Below, piece after piece: positions 62,974 to 64,000 of a DNA stretch of 64,000 nucleotides. Within the stretch, counting starts at the first letter, position 1; each line of letters starts with the position of its first letter. The stretch spans positions 799,545-863,544 of the forward strand of contig BFEA01000008.1 of assembly GCA_003427395.1 (NCBI GenBank), read 5' to 3'. The notes below the pieces were generated by a model, which was not told the DNA's origin, did not search any database, and saw nothing but the letters and a program-made list of their open reading frames with translations. The position numbers were made by a program, and so were the translations under genes. Source of the DNA: Chara braunii. Taxonomy: Eukaryota; Plantae; Charophyceae.

Positions 62974-63707
62974 ATTTAAAAAAAAAGGAAGAAAAAAACT
63001 TAAAAAAAGACTTCATCACATAATGTGGCTCCCGAGGTAGTGTCGCGTTAGTGCTGCGGTAACGCAGCGCTAACGTCACGCTCCTGGTCACGTCTGGGTG
63101 TTGGGGGCTCGTGTTAGGGTTGACGATAGCTGTTGATCTGAGTTGCTAAAACTTGACGACGGGGAGGCTATGGCGTCGCAGGGCAAAGCGCTGGGGCGCT
63201 AGTGGGGCACGCTGCTGGGACCTGGTCTGTCCCTGGCCACCACCGGTTACGGTTGACAATGACTGTTTGTCAGTATTCCAGTTGGGTTGAGGAGGGCAGG
63301 GTGTTGATGTGTGGGTGACCGACTGGCGAAATCTAGGCGCGGGAATATACCTGATGAGACTGATCGAGGGCATTGCCCCTCGGTCCTTGATACGGAGGTG
63401 CTGTGGGATTATCCCGCTCTTGATTATCAGGGGCAGCCTGCAGCAAACCTGGGAGGAGCAGATGGGATTCGATAGGGATGATGCGCTGGAGATGGAGGTG
63501 GACAGGGCATCAATAAAACGTCAATTTCCGGGAGAGACTACGGATTCTTGCCGTGATCAGTATCGCCCACCGTCGATGACAACGGGCTTCAAGCTGCGAA
63601 CTGGATTCTTCGCTGTTGCTACAGCTACTTCGGGCGTGATGATAATTCGTTTTCCGGATTTTCGCTGATTCTGACCGACTCTCATTTTGTTACGTCCGAG
63701 CACACAG

Positions 63708-63745
<38 letters not shown>

Positions 63746-63894
63746 CTGGGCTAGGGTTAATAGTTTTCTGGTAGGTTTTCTTTTATTTTGGATGTTTCAG
63801 TGGTGTTGTGCGTACTTAGGTTGGAATAAAGATAGATAGAACATAGATAGATCCGTAGATAGCTATATATTCTATTTGACGATATATATATATA

Positions 63895-64000
63895 CTAGGC
63901 TGAACTCCGGGCCGCCCGGCGGCCGGCTCGTCGCCCGGGGGGGGGGCCGGGCCGCCTGGCCGGTCGCTCCGCCTGGTTGGCCACCGGGCGACCCCAGCGC
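63895..64000. mobile_element. Start of another CTAGGCT-type MITE running off the window
   Basis: CTAGGCTG followed by GC-rich GCCGG subterminal repeats. Confidence 0.4.

Noticed and set aside
63020-63710. Possible 5' end of another retroelement or a gene
   Set aside because: Only short ORFs without recognisable motifs; no TSD identified.
63741-63775. GTACACTGG after an AG as the next ATM exon (expected VYWL...)
   Set aside because: The translation diverges immediately (VHWARVNS) and there is no pyrimidine tract; the next exon is probably beyond the window.

Overview
Eukaryotic (streptophyte plant/alga-like; Chara-like by inference) draft-assembly window with several N gaps. The only host gene I can support is an internal part of ATM (PIKK-family DNA-damage kinase): eight phase-consistent GT-AG exons on the + strand from 9337 to 60027. 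They are separated by transposon-inflated introns of up to about 21.5 kb. Almost everything else is nested mobile DNA: L1-type LINEs (one full-length 9.3 kb copy with a 13-bp TSD, one decayed near-full-length antisense copy, and truncated copies, one flanked by a 75-bp duplication); Ty3/gypsy fragments; solo LTRs with 4-bp TSDs; a gag-only element with a tRNA-Asp PBS and a 129-bp LTR; hAT-type and Tourist-type MITEs; tRNA-derived SINEs; three U6 snRNA-derived copies; and microsatellites. Two Nextera mate-pair adapter remnants mark local misassembly. The most interesting leads are a structured 3' UTR (possible pseudoknot) conserved between otherwise divergent LINEs, an extra ORF1 C-terminal domain resembling a degenerate Nudix fold, and the high density of U6 retrocopies. 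All calls are by eye; no database searches were run.
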